From a virus, in UHGV virus genome UHGV-0123923: a DNA stretch of 40,997 nucleotides; one strand, 5' to 3'. The notes under the pieces are model-generated. The model had not been told where the DNA came from and did no database searches. It saw nothing but the letters and a program-made list of their open reading frames with translations. The position numbers and the translations under genes were made by a program. Every line of letters starts with the position of its first letter. Positions within the stretch are counted from its first letter, which is position 1. Below, one piece after another: positions 1 to 9,056 of this stretch.

Positions 1-38
1 ACGGATTCAGCAATGGTTTTAATTAAAGAGGACTCTAT

Positions 39-1988
39 ATGTCAAGCGGATGCGGTGACGTTTTAAGCCTGGCGGATTTACAGACCGCCAAGAAACACCA
101 AATTTTTGAAGCCGAGGTTATCACTGGTAAATCCGGCGGCGTTGCTGGTGGCTCTGATATCGATTACGCGACAAATCAGGTTACTGGACAGACCCAGAAG
201 ACGTTACCCGCCGTGTTGCGCGACGCCGGCTTTTCCTCCGTGTCGTGGGACTTTTCCACGGGTGGTACATTAACAGTTAATGACCGCGACAAAGTAGTGT
301 ATGACCCTGTAAGTAAGACCTGGTACTCGTATGCGGGTACGTTGCCTGCTGTAATCCCCGCCAGTTTTAACCCAGTAGGAAACGCTAACTGGAAACCACG
401 GACCGATCCATATTTGAGGGACGATTTGTCTGGATTGGATGGTATATATAATATTGGTGCAGCAAACTACGCAGATATCCGCGCATATACAGGCCCAGCG
501 GACCGCATTAACTGCTACGGTAGAAGCTCTGTTTTTGATAATGCTTCTGGGTATTTCTTTGCGGATTCATCCGATACGACAACCCCAGACAATGACGGAA
601 CTGTGCTGGTCGATGCGTCCGGTCGTCGCTGGAAGCGCAGCTATACAGGGCCTGTCGACGCCCGCTGGTTCGGAGTTACGGCAAACGGGAGCACGGATGA
701 CACCGTTGCCGCTAACAAAGCGCTGGCAACACTACAACATGTAGTCTTCCCGGTAGGCACAATAATAATCAGTGCACCTCTTATCTTTGGTACTCAGACC
801 ATCGAAGGCGCCGGAACTTATCCAAATGGCGCCTACGGTACTATCATCCAGTGTACAGGCGACCATGCAGCATTTGAGCATGCTCCTACGGGGTATCAGC
901 CAGGAGGTATTATTCGTAACTTTTGGATTAATTATCAGGCGGGGAAACCAACTATAACCACTGGAAATGCAAAAGGTGTTAACTTCGGTACGTCCGACAC
1001 GTCTATTGATCCACTGGCTAATGGCGCGACCAAATTTATAGTAGAAAACGTCATTGTCCGTGGTGCTTATTGGGGCTTCTATGATGTAACGTCTACATAT
1101 TTAATGGAGTACAGGAACTGCTGGGCATGGGACTGCTATGTTGGGTTTAAAAAGCAGTACGGAACTACCGTAAAATACAGTTCTTGTTACGCACTGGACT
1201 GCTACGGCTCGTGGGATATGCAAGATAGTCACTGCGCCACCTTTGAGAACTGCGCCTACGACGGCACAAGCATCATCGGCAACATTAAACCTATTTACTT
1301 CAAAGGATGCCCAGGCGTCACAATTAATGGGATGCAGCATGAAGCCAGTAAAATTGACGTTTCAGGACGTGGGGATTTTGTTATTGAAAACTGCGTTGGG
1401 TTTGTGCTTAACGGCATGTCAATTCCGTCCTGGCTTAATACGTTAACTACCGGAGAAGCATATCTATTCGAGATTATAAACTCCACGGCAGACATAAAGG
1501 GAGTAGCCCTCTCTGCGGATGCCGCTAATGTGAAAAGCTCGGGTGCGAATACGTATTTATTTAACGCCAAGAGCGGAAGTATCGTCAATGTTTCGGCCAG
1601 CGGGCTACCGGCTGTGGCTGGGTCATCTTTCAATTACAGCATGTCGGCAGACAGTACCAGCAGAATCGACAGAACGCCAAGTGCGGTAATTGGCGGCTTG
1701 ACCGCCGGGGCGGTGTTCCGTAACGGCGTGTCCTCGCCTGTGTATGTGGATTACAATTCTGTTACGATTGCCGCTGGTGCGGTCGCATTGATTGGCACCG
1801 TAACCCTTCCTGGCGTGCAATATCAGGATTTCCTGATGGCTGACTCATCAACAGGGGTGAATGGTTGTACTATAGATGTTGTGCGGCCCGCAGGCGCAGC
1901 TGGGAGTGTTAATGTTTATATCAGGAACAACAATACCTCCCCTGTCACCCTCACAGGCCAGATCGCAATAAGATATCTTAGACCATAA
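39..1988 (+). CDS. tail spike / tail fibre protein, probable beta-helix (pectin-lyase-like) receptor-binding or depolymerase domain
   Basis: 649 aa ORF with AAGAGGA RBS 6 nt upstream of ATG; Gly/Asn/Thr/Val-rich repetitive middle region typical of right-handed beta-helix tailspikes; sits next to the tail genes if the window ends are joined. Confidence 0.55.
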   Translation: MSSGCGDVLSLADLQTAKKHQIFEAEVITGKSGGVAGGSDIDYATNQVTGQTQKTLPAVLRDAGFSSVSWDFSTGGTLTVNDRDKVVYDPVSKTWYSYAGTLPAVIPASFNPVGNANWKPRTDPYLRDDLSGLDGIYNIGAANYADIRAYTGPADRINCYGRSSVFDNASGYFFADSSDTTTPDNDGTVLVDASGRRWKRSYTGPVDARWFGVTANGSTDDTVAANKALATLQHVVFPVGTIIISAPLIFGTQTIEGAGTYPNGAYGTIIQCTGDHAAFEHAPTGYQPGGIIRNFWINYQAGKPTITTGNAKGVNFGTSDTSIDPLANGATKFIVENVIVRGAYWGFYDVTSTYLMEYRNCWAWDCYVGFKKQYGTTVKYSSCYALDCYGSWDMQDSHCATFENCAYDGTSIIGNIKPIYFKGCPGVTINGMQHEASKIDVSGRGDFVIENCVGFVLNGMSIPSWLNTLTTGEAYLFEIINSTADIKGVALSADAANVKSSGANTYLFNAKSGSIVNVSASGLPAVAGSSFNYSMSADSTSRIDRTPSAVIGGLTAGAVFRNGVSSPVYVDYNSVTIAAGAVALIGTVTLPGVQYQDFLMADSSTGVNGCTIDVVRPAGAAGSVNVYIRNNNTSPVTLTGQIAIRYLRP

Positions 1989-1992
1989 AACT

Positions 1993-2016
1993 AAGGCCCC
2001 AAACGGGGCCTTTTCT
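1993..2016. terminator. intrinsic terminator between converging genes
   Basis: AAGGCCCC-AAAC-GGGGCCTT hairpin followed by TTTTCTCT, between the + tail spike gene and the - helicase operon. Confidence 0.55.
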
Positions 2017-2154
2017 CTACTCTTCTGATAACTTCTCCAGTACAAACGCCAGTTGCGCATTAGCGGCGTCTCTCTGCTGCCGTAGCCGTAGAACTTCCTC
2101 CTCAAGTTCCTTGATACGTTTTTGCAATGCCGGAGTCGGGGCCATGATGTTCAT
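2017..2154 (-). CDS. small coiled-coil protein (45 aa), below the ORF-track length cutoff
   Basis: ATG overlaps helicase stop (ATGA); translation MNIMAPTPALQKRIKELEEEVLRLRQQRDAANAQLAFVLEKLSEE; heptad-like charged pattern. Confidence 0.3.
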   Translation of the reverse strand: MNIMAPTPALQKRIKELEEEVLRLRQQRDAANAQLAFVLEKLSEE

Positions 2155-3575
2155 TTCTTACCTCGTCTCTTCATGTAATTAAGCAACTCTTCCTGGACCG
2201 ATTTCTTCTCGTCAGTACGCGAGGCAACAACCTCGTCCAGCGTGTCTTTAGCAACGATGTGATAGATGAACACTGGTCGCTCGTGGCCCGCCTGCTTCTG
2301 GCGCACCGGGCCTATACGCTCGACAACCTGCAAATAGTGCTCAAGGTTCCAGCCTTGCGAAATAAACGCCAGATGATGTCCGCCGTCCTGTAAATTCAAG
2401 CCATGGCCGGCTGACGCGGGGTGCACGCATAGGATTTCGATTTCGCCACGGTTCCACGCTTCCATCTGCTTATTACCCTTGGCACCTTTGGCGAACGCCT
2501 GCGCCTGCGGGAATCGCTTAAGGATGCGCTCCAGTTCGTGCTTGAACTGATAGGCCACCAGTAACGGCGCGCCCTGTAACTCATCAACAATTGACTCCAG
2601 CGCATCCAGTTTCGTGTCGTGCACTTTCTCCCAGTCTTTGGTTGCTTCTCCGTCGTCACCCGTCACATACACGGCACCGGAAGCAATTTGCAAGCACTTT
2701 GACGTCTTTGCCGCCGCGTTAGCGGCTTCAACTTCTCCGCTCTCCAGTTCTGCGAATAACTTTTCCTCCATATCTATGTACGCCTGACGTGCTTTCTTCG
2801 GCAGGTCAATTTCAACAGGGACGATAATTGGCGCTTCGCAACCGAACCACTCAGCGGCGTCAATCGTGAGACTAATGTCCTTCATCTTCTGATGGATTTC
2901 ATTATCCGCACCAGGGCGCGCATGATACTCACGCGCCATCGCTGATTTGCCTTTCTGTACCGAGTTAAACCAGCGGTCGGTGAATGCTGTGTATGAAGAA
3001 CCGAGGCGCTCACCCGCGTCGATAAACCAGTTCTGGCCCCATAAGTCCTTGAGGCCGTTCGGCGACGGCGTACCAGTCAGGTTAATGAAACGCTTAACCT
3101 TACCGAACGCAACTTTACTTAGCGCCTTCGCCCTCTTGCTTCCACCTGAACGGCTGCGGAATGATTTCAGCTTCGTGCTTTCGTCGGCGACGATAACGGT
3201 AAAAGGCCAGTCGTCTTTGCCGTAGTAGTCAATCAGCCATTCGATAACTTCGTAGTTTGTACACACCACGTTAGCGTCTGATTCCAGCGCCGCGATGCGG
3301 CGCTTCTCTGAACCGGTTGCGTCAACGACACTCAGACAGGGAAAGTTCCATTTCTCTTGCTCTGCGGGCCACGTGCCAGACGCAACACGCAACGGGGCGA
3401 GGATTAACACGCGGTCGTCGTCATTAAGTTGCCCATTGCGGAACAGTCGGTTTAAAGCCCACAGGACACTGCCCGTCTTCCCGGCGCCCATGCTTGCCCA
3501 TATGTTGCAGCGATGGTGCCGCAACATGAACGAAGTCATGAGCTTCTGGTACTCGCGCCTTTGAAACTTACTCAT
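2151..3575 (-). CDS. SNF2/DEAD-like superfamily 2 helicase
   Basis: Walker A MGAGKTGS, DExx box VIVADEST, C-terminal helicase domain; 474 aa. Confidence 0.8.
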   Translation of the reverse strand: MSKFQRREYQKLMTSFMLRHHRCNIWASMGAGKTGSVLWALNRLFRNGQLNDDDRVLILAPLRVASGTWPAEQEKWNFPCLSVVDATGSEKRRIAALESDANVVCTNYEVIEWLIDYYGKDDWPFTVIVADESTKLKSFRSRSGGSKRAKALSKVAFGKVKRFINLTGTPSPNGLKDLWGQNWFIDAGERLGSSYTAFTDRWFNSVQKGKSAMAREYHARPGADNEIHQKMKDISLTIDAAEWFGCEAPIIVPVEIDLPKKARQAYIDMEEKLFAELESGEVEAANAAAKTSKCLQIASGAVYVTGDDGEATKDWEKVHDTKLDALESIVDELQGAPLLVAYQFKHELERILKRFPQAQAFAKGAKGNKQMEAWNRGEIEILCVHPASAGHGLNLQDGGHHLAFISQGWNLEHYLQVVERIGPVRQKQAGHERPVFIYHIVAKDTLDEVVASRTDEKKSVQEELLNYMKRRGKK

Positions 3576-3763
3576 TTCAGCACCAGAACTAACTCTTTAC
3601 GCCCGAACGCCGTAACGTTACCAGTTACATCTTCGATAACCAGTTTACCGTTCGACTCGACGAACACCGTATCAACGGCAACAGGCTGGCGTGTCTTAAC
3701 GTTGAAAATCATGTCACCCGGTACGATGTCACGTGCTGGTTTGCGGTCATATTCGTGTTTCAT
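3572..3763 (-). CDS. hypothetical protein (63 aa)
   Basis: AAGGA RBS; stop overlaps helicase start. Confidence 0.5.
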   Translation of the reverse strand: MKHEYDRKPARDIVPGDMIFNVKTRQPVAVDTVFVESNGKLVIEDVTGNVTAFGRKELVLVLK

Positions 3764-3793
3764 TTCTCAATTCCTTATATTGTTGGTGTAGGA

Positions 3794-4081
3794 CTAACTA
3801 TAATAGTTCGCTATTAGGTCGTCAACCTGTTTAAACGAACCAACGACAAAAACATTCGCACCACGTTTACGCATCCGCTCATGTTCCCGTAGCTGGTGCG
3901 GGTCTGGCTTCGTGTTCTCGTCTTTCTTAACCTCGACGAACCAGACTATGCCGCCGGGGATAATTACCAGCAGGTCGGGGGCGCCCGCTCTATTTTCGTA
4001 CGACAATTTGCGTACGAGGCCTCCCAGGGCCTCGAATCGCTCTTTTGCGTATTCCTGCACGCGCCCCTCAGGCGTACTCAT
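3794..4081 (-). CDS. VRR-NUC domain nuclease
   Basis: 95 aa; GGGAGGGG RBS; motifs PDLLVI...VEVK consistent with a PD-(D/E)XK VRR-NUC fold. Confidence 0.7.
   Translation of the reverse strand: MSTPEGRVQEYAKERFEALGGLVRKLSYENRAGAPDLLVIIPGGIVWFVEVKKDENTKPDPHQLREHERMRKRGANVFVVGSFKQVDDLIANYYS
3797..3825 (-). promoter_or_regulatory. sigma70-like promoter (TTGACG-N17-TATAGT) with operator motif, embedded in the 3' end of the VRR-NUC gene
   Basis: minus-strand -35 is the reverse complement of 3820..3825, -10 of 3797..3802; AATAG(3802..3806)-N4-CTATT(3811..3815) palindrome in the spacer. Confidence 0.45.
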
Positions 4082-4174
4082 CTATACACCCCTCCCGTTT
4101 CGTATGCGCGATACCGCAGCGAGGGCAGATTCGACAGTCTTCTTCATATAACCAGTAAATTTTCATTCCAGCAC

Positions 4175-4294
4175 CTACAGATAAATTGCGATGAACATGC
4201 TCAATATGGCAACCATCATGCCGTATTGACCCTCGTGACAGTAGACACCGGCAGCAAATCCCGCCAGTACCGCGATAATCAGTTTACTTGGCAT
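4175..4294 (-). CDS. possible small hydrophobic membrane protein (39 aa)
   Basis: ATG overlaps the DNA polymerase 3' end in another frame; MPSKLIIAVLAGFAAGVYCHEGQYGMMVAILSMFIAIYL; no clear RBS. Confidence 0.25.
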   Translation of the reverse strand: MPSKLIIAVLAGFAAGVYCHEGQYGMMVAILSMFIAIYL

Positions 4295-6464
4295 AACGCT
4301 TCATCTCCGCGCCTTCTGCTACAAGAGGGAACCCCTCGGCCCACTCTGGTAATTCGCACATCAATCGTTCCAGTTCTGCGACATTGTATTCTGGTAAATC
4401 TGGTGTCTCGCAGATAATCTCATCGTGAACATGAAGCACAATCGGGTAGCCGTTTGCTTCGACGTTCAGCAGTGCATTAGCCAACAAATCACGGCACAGC
4501 GCCTGAGTGCAGTTTTCCACCAGTTTACCAGAGTAGGTGTACTGGAAGCCCCACTGACGGGTTAACTGGTTTTCGCCCTGGTACTTGATGCGCACGTTGG
4601 TAGACACCTTCCCGTCTTCGTCTGTCTCTTTCGACACGCTTAACCCGACGCCAGGGTATGACATAACTCGACCAGACGGCAACGTCATACGCAACCACCA
4701 ACCGGCGACTTTGTTGCCGTTGTTGTCCGTTTCTACGTTGCGCGAAAACTTAACTCCCCGCGGCCCTGCGGTGAACTCTTTGCCCGGATTGCGGATAGCT
4801 GCCATAGCTGCGTCTTCAATATCCCGCCAGAAAGCTACTGTTTCCGGGTGTGACTCACGCCACATACGCTTGATAGCGTCGCAGGTACGCCACACTTTCT
4901 TATCAAGAATATAAGATGGTCGGTCATCATTTTCACCTGGACGTGGTGGTCGCTTGGCTTCCTGAATACGCGCCCACTCATATCCACGTGCGGTAGCAGC
5001 CCAGATGTGGTCGGGGAAAGTCCCGTCCATTGTTTTTGCCATATCAACAAGGTCAAGGCCGAGGTTCTTGGCGAACTGTACGAATGCGCCGACACCACCC
5101 GCGTAGCCAAGTCCAAGTTCGCATGCCTTACCAATCTGGCGTAAGTCTTTACGTTCTTTCTTAATGTAATCCGGCTCCATGCCGAACATCTTGCCTGCGG
5201 TTACGCAGTAAATATCCAGCCCGGCACGGAACGTATCAAGCGCGGTTTCTTCGCCAGCCAGCCACGCCAAACCGCGGCCTTCAACGTTCGAGTAGTCGGC
5301 GACGACAAACTTATACCCGGCTTCCGGGATAATGCAGCTGCGAACCGTAGATGCCGTTAGCTTGGCTACATCAAAACGGCGATGTGCTCGGCCCTTAAGT
5401 AATGCTGAAATACCTTTATCCAGTTCATCATCGTGATAGTACCCACGCGCCAGGTTCTGCGGCTGGAAGCCTTTACCCGCAAATCGTAACGTACGTTTAG
5501 CTCCACCATACTGGATGCAACCGCGACGGCGGTCGTCAGACGAGCGGCCTAACAGCAGCGGGTTATATTTCGTTGACGCAGTGGATGCCGCCCCGAGGCG
5601 CATTTCTATAATCGTGCGGGCGTCGTCCGGTAAATCATCGTCAGCAAGCAGGTCGTTAAGCGTAGACTTCTGCGCGTTGTGGATGCGATGCGCAGGCGCC
5701 AGTTCACGCAGAATCGGCAGGAAGTCCTTACCTGTAAGCGAGCCGCCGTATTTACGTTGGGCTTCTTCCTGTAACTGTGCCTTGTGTTTCTCCACAGCTT
5801 CAATTGCGGCTTCCGCCAGCGCAACGTCGACCTTAAACCCGCGGTCGTTAATTAACTGGTCCAGTTCCAGTACACGGTCTTCGAACTCGGAGTTACCCCA
5901 ACGCGGCAACTTATGGAACACTTCACGCATCGCGGTGATGTCGCTAACGGCGTACTTGATGAACAGCGCCCACTCATCCGGGTGCGTTTCAGCAGTGTAG
6001 CGGCGAATTTTGTAGTTCTTCGGCGTCGGTTTAGAGAAACGCTGAATAAGCGCTTTGCCTCGTTTGTCTTTCGCGTTGTCTGCAGACACGCCAAGCACTT
6101 CGCACAATGCGTCGAGTGAACCCGGCAGCGCGTGACGAAACGCCCAAATCATCGTATCAATGGTGTTGCTTACGGGAATATCAAAACCCCAGCAGTGCTT
6201 CATGATGAGTCTGTCGAACATTGAGCCGTTGTGCCACACCATCTTAATACGGCTGTTTGGTTTCACCAGACGGCGTAACGCGCGGTGCAAATCACCCGGC
6301 ATGTCGCTGCCGTTGGTGCAATCCCATACCTGCACAGGCTCGTCGTCAAAAGCATATGTGCAGATTAGAACTTCGGTGGTTGGATGTTCGGCGTAAGCGT
6401 AGGAGCCGACTTTCTTCAAATCGGCTTCTGAGAATGTTTCAAAGTCTAAGAACAGGTAACTCAT
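4284..6464 (-). CDS. family A DNA polymerase with N-terminal 3'-5' exonuclease domain
   Basis: 726 aa; exo motif FLDFETFS; polymerase motifs DYSNVEGRGLAWLAGE (A), RQIGKACELGLGYAGG (B), VLHVHDEIICE (C). Confidence 0.9.
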   Translation of the reverse strand: MSYLFLDFETFSEADLKKVGSYAYAEHPTTEVLICTYAFDDEPVQVWDCTNGSDMPGDLHRALRRLVKPNSRIKMVWHNGSMFDRLIMKHCWGFDIPVSNTIDTMIWAFRHALPGSLDALCEVLGVSADNAKDKRGKALIQRFSKPTPKNYKIRRYTAETHPDEWALFIKYAVSDITAMREVFHKLPRWGNSEFEDRVLELDQLINDRGFKVDVALAEAAIEAVEKHKAQLQEEAQRKYGGSLTGKDFLPILRELAPAHRIHNAQKSTLNDLLADDDLPDDARTIIEMRLGAASTASTKYNPLLLGRSSDDRRRGCIQYGGAKRTLRFAGKGFQPQNLARGYYHDDELDKGISALLKGRAHRRFDVAKLTASTVRSCIIPEAGYKFVVADYSNVEGRGLAWLAGEETALDTFRAGLDIYCVTAGKMFGMEPDYIKKERKDLRQIGKACELGLGYAGGVGAFVQFAKNLGLDLVDMAKTMDGTFPDHIWAATARGYEWARIQEAKRPPRPGENDDRPSYILDKKVWRTCDAIKRMWRESHPETVAFWRDIEDAAMAAIRNPGKEFTAGPRGVKFSRNVETDNNGNKVAGWWLRMTLPSGRVMSYPGVGLSVSKETDEDGKVSTNVRIKYQGENQLTRQWGFQYTYSGKLVENCTQALCRDLLANALLNVEANGYPIVLHVHDEIICETPDLPEYNVAELERLMCELPEWAEGFPLVAEGAEMKRYAK

Positions 6465-6481
6465 TATTTTTGACCCTTAGT

Positions 6482-6503
6482 AAAAAGGCCCAATGAAGGG
6501 CCT
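6482..6503 (-). terminator. intrinsic terminator/attenuator between the SSB-like gene and the DNA polymerase gene
   Basis: minus-strand GGCCC-TTCATT-GGGCC followed by TTTTTA, immediately upstream of the polymerase RBS. Confidence 0.5.
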
Positions 6504-6523
6504 TAGTTAAATTGATTCAGATA

Positions 6524-7150
6524 TTAGCGACGACGACGCTCGCGGCGCGGTGCTTCATCTTCTTCGTCGTCTTCCAGGTCATTTACGCTGGCAGCGACTT
6601 TAGAACCGCCAAACGCTTTGCCTTCGCCAATGTATTTAATCGCCAGCAGGTTAACGCCGAGGACTTTATATTTCTGACTGAACCAGATTTCAACGCTTAC
6701 GTTAGCGACGCAGCCGCTGTAAACCTGTTCACCTTCAATCTGTTCGCCGTCTACATTGAAGTCCTGTTCTACCTGAGTCTCGCCTTTTTTAGAGGTTACA
6801 ATCAGTGGCTGTTTCTGTGCCTTCGCCTTGAAGTAGAAGCCTTCCGGGAAGTCTTCAAACGGATTGTCGCGCTCGGCAATGTCTTTAATCGCACATTTAT
6901 CCATGTGCTTACCTTCGCCGTAGTTGGACTTCATCCACTTCTCAGCGGCAGCTGCGCCCAACGCTTCTTCAACCACAGCGTAAACGGTGTCGTAGAGCGC
7001 GTCGATTTGTGCGTGGTCAGACGGCAGGATGATAGTCGCGCTGTACTGGCCTTTAGTGATTGAGCCATCATCGTTTTCACGGTCTTTTTCGCGTTCGAAT
7101 ACGTTAACCCATGCAGTGTTTACTTTACGCAGATTCAGTTTAATACCCAT
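6524..7150 (-). CDS. putative ssDNA-binding protein (DUF2815-like)
   Basis: 208 aa; acidic patch DLEDDEEDEAP near the C-terminus followed by an Arg-rich tail; position between exonuclease and polymerase; family assignment from memory. Confidence 0.45.
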   Translation of the reverse strand: MGIKLNLRKVNTAWVNVFEREKDRENDDGSITKGQYSATIILPSDHAQIDALYDTVYAVVEEALGAAAAEKWMKSNYGEGKHMDKCAIKDIAERDNPFEDFPEGFYFKAKAQKQPLIVTSKKGETQVEQDFNVDGEQIEGEQVYSGCVANVSVEIWFSQKYKVLGVNLLAIKYIGEGKAFGGSKVAASVNDLEDDEEDEAPRRERRRR

Positions 7151-7203
7151 CGTGATTTCTCGCTTTTCAGTTTACTCCGGGAACTGCCCGGCCAGTGATT
7201 AGA

Positions 7204-7232
7204 ACTATAATAGCTAACTATTCGGGTGTCAA
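7204..7232 (-). promoter_or_regulatory. sigma70-like promoter (TTGACA-N17-TATAGT) with operator motif
   Basis: -35 is the reverse complement of 7227..7232, -10 of 7204..7209; AATAG(7209..7213)-CTAA-CTATT(7218..7222). Confidence 0.45.
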
Positions 7233-7236
7233 CACT

Positions 7237-8490
7237 TTATTCCAAATCTTCTTCACTAACCTGATTCCACTCAGGACGTTTGTCGTCTGCCGTTGCGACA
7301 CATGGTGCGCCTGGCTTACGGGTAATAAACGGCTCAAGCGCTGCCATCTCATCCGCCGAAAGAACTTTTGCTGCCTCCGTAGGGGTCATCAATACCTCTT
7401 TTTTGAGAATGTCGCCGTGTGACACTTCAATCGCATCGGCATCTTTCCACGCACGGTTGCCCATCTTACCTTCAACCAGCTTGTACCCAGGAACTTTCTT
7501 ACCGGAATGCAATGCGGCGGTCATCGCTTTCTCAACCTTGTCGATGTGCTGGCGTAACAGCGGCAACTTCTCATACTCAACTACGAGTTGCTCCGTCGTC
7601 AGTTCCAGCACAAAGTCGTCTTCAAGTTCTTCCGCCAGTACAGAATTAACCGTCTTTGTACGCGCGGCACACTGTTCAGAGAACCGGCACCACTGGCAAC
7701 CATCGACCGACGGTTTAAAGTCCGACGCTTTCAGGTTCTTCTTTCCACGGAAATAAGCATCAAGCGCTAACAGTGCCCGTTTCTGTGCGAACTTAGCGAA
7801 CAGTTCCAGACCTTCGACCGAGATGTCCCACTCTGACGCACCCCCCGCGTACGGCTGGAAGATGACCAGGCGCACTACTGTGATGTTATAACGTCTCTTG
7901 AGTCGGCGATAAACACCGAGAGCGTAAAGCATAAGCTGCTTGTTTTCTTTCGCTTCAACACGATGCCGTCCAGTTTTAAGGTCGCCAATAATGAGCATGT
8001 GCTCGTCGGTGTTCGCCAGTTCCTGGACAGCAACGAGGTCAGCCGTTCCGAACGTCTCGACACCTTCATACCCAGGATGCAATACCTCAGTAAGATTGAC
8101 TCGCATTTCCAGCTTGGCGTAAGTCGCTACGTCGATAATCGCTTTGCAGTAGTCGGTGTACTTGCGCACCTGCTCAATCATGTCCGCCGTAATCAGTACC
8201 GCGCCTTTCATTGGGCTGATTAGCGCCTTAATCTGGCCTTTACCTTCATCCAGCACGTAAGCGCCGACTTCACGCTCTAACGGCAGCGCAGCACCTTTGA
8301 TGTACTGGTTAAGATGCATCTCGGCTATGGTGTGCATAGCTGTGCCTAATACCGCGGCTTTACCGGACGTGTTAGGAATATCTTTTTCACAGGCCAGAGA
8401 AGCCGGGCAGGTTAGCCACTTTTTAGCGCCTGACGGTGATAGTAAGGCGTGTACATCGTTATTGCCGCCGCGCTCTTTTAGAATCATCAT
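7237..8490 (-). CDS. Cas4/RecB-like PD-(D/E)XK exonuclease with Fe-S cluster cysteines
   Basis: 417 aa; GGAGGG RBS; N-terminal Cys (LTCPASLAC), core IIGDLKTG, C-terminal C-x2-C-x5-C (CQWCRFSEQC). Confidence 0.7.
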   Translation of the reverse strand: MMILKERGGNNDVHALLSPSGAKKWLTCPASLACEKDIPNTSGKAAVLGTAMHTIAEMHLNQYIKGAALPLEREVGAYVLDEGKGQIKALISPMKGAVLITADMIEQVRKYTDYCKAIIDVATYAKLEMRVNLTEVLHPGYEGVETFGTADLVAVQELANTDEHMLIIGDLKTGRHRVEAKENKQLMLYALGVYRRLKRRYNITVVRLVIFQPYAGGASEWDISVEGLELFAKFAQKRALLALDAYFRGKKNLKASDFKPSVDGCQWCRFSEQCAARTKTVNSVLAEELEDDFVLELTTEQLVVEYEKLPLLRQHIDKVEKAMTAALHSGKKVPGYKLVEGKMGNRAWKDADAIEVSHGDILKKEVLMTPTEAAKVLSADEMAALEPFITRKPGAPCVATADDKRPEWNQVSEEDLE

Positions 8491-8744
8491 TTAGTGCCCT
8501 CCGGCAGTTCCGGTAAATACATCCAGTGAGTTATGCCCATCTCGATATACCGTTTCGTATATAGCTGATTTCCGTTCTCATCCAGCCCAGCCGTAATGTC
8601 GTCGAAATAGTCCTGTATATGTACAAAATCGATCCCACCTTCCGGGAACCCGTTATCGTCATATTTACCACCATCTACTGAGCAAACTAAAACAGAATCA
8701 TCTTTTGACTCCGGCAATGCTTCGTTTACACTAACCCAATTCAT
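8487..8744 (-). CDS. DUF551-like protein
   Basis: start moved to the ATG (MNWVSVNEALP) behind a GGGAGAA RBS; C-terminal THWMYLPELPE motif; paralog at 14096..14296. Confidence 0.5.
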   Translation of the reverse strand: MNWVSVNEALPESKDDSVLVCSVDGGKYDDNGFPEGGIDFVHIQDYFDDITAGLDENGNQLYTKRYIEMGITHWMYLPELPEGTK

Positions 8745-9013
8745 ACCCTGTTCTCCCACTGGTCAATTAAATGTCGCGTCTTATGGTCGCAATGCATAAC
8801 CCAACCATACATCGACTCGAAGACATAAAAGTCAGGTTTTGCGAAAGTCGTGCGCTTAATCTGCGACACGTGGCGGTCTATATCTTTAGGCCGTGGTACT
8901 TTGCCTAAGTACGCCATCTCTTCCATCTGGTGTGCCCCGGACGGCGCACGCAATAACCATAGCGCATCTGTGTTATCCCGCCTGTCCACGGCGCGGTAGA
9001 GTTGGTAAATCAT
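8741..9013 (-). CDS. hypothetical protein (90 aa)
   Basis: GAGGGT RBS; stop overlaps next start (ATGA). Confidence 0.5.
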   Translation of the reverse strand: MIYQLYRAVDRRDNTDALWLLRAPSGAHQMEEMAYLGKVPRPKDIDRHVSQIKRTTFAKPDFYVFESMYGWVMHCDHKTRHLIDQWENRV

Positions 9014-9056
9014 AATCCCGACCCTCGGTTAAAGCGGCCCGAAGGCCGCGGGATAG

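Noticed and set aside
439-744. Many short ORFs in the six-frame track that overlap or lie antisense to long genes (e.g. 439..744, 1101..1340, 5515..6000, 19931..20476, 23304..23564, 29428..30078, 34531..34878, 35575..36042, 39455..40024)
   Set aside because: They lie inside or antisense to long ORFs with clear conserved motifs and lack ribosome-binding sites; treated as frame shadows
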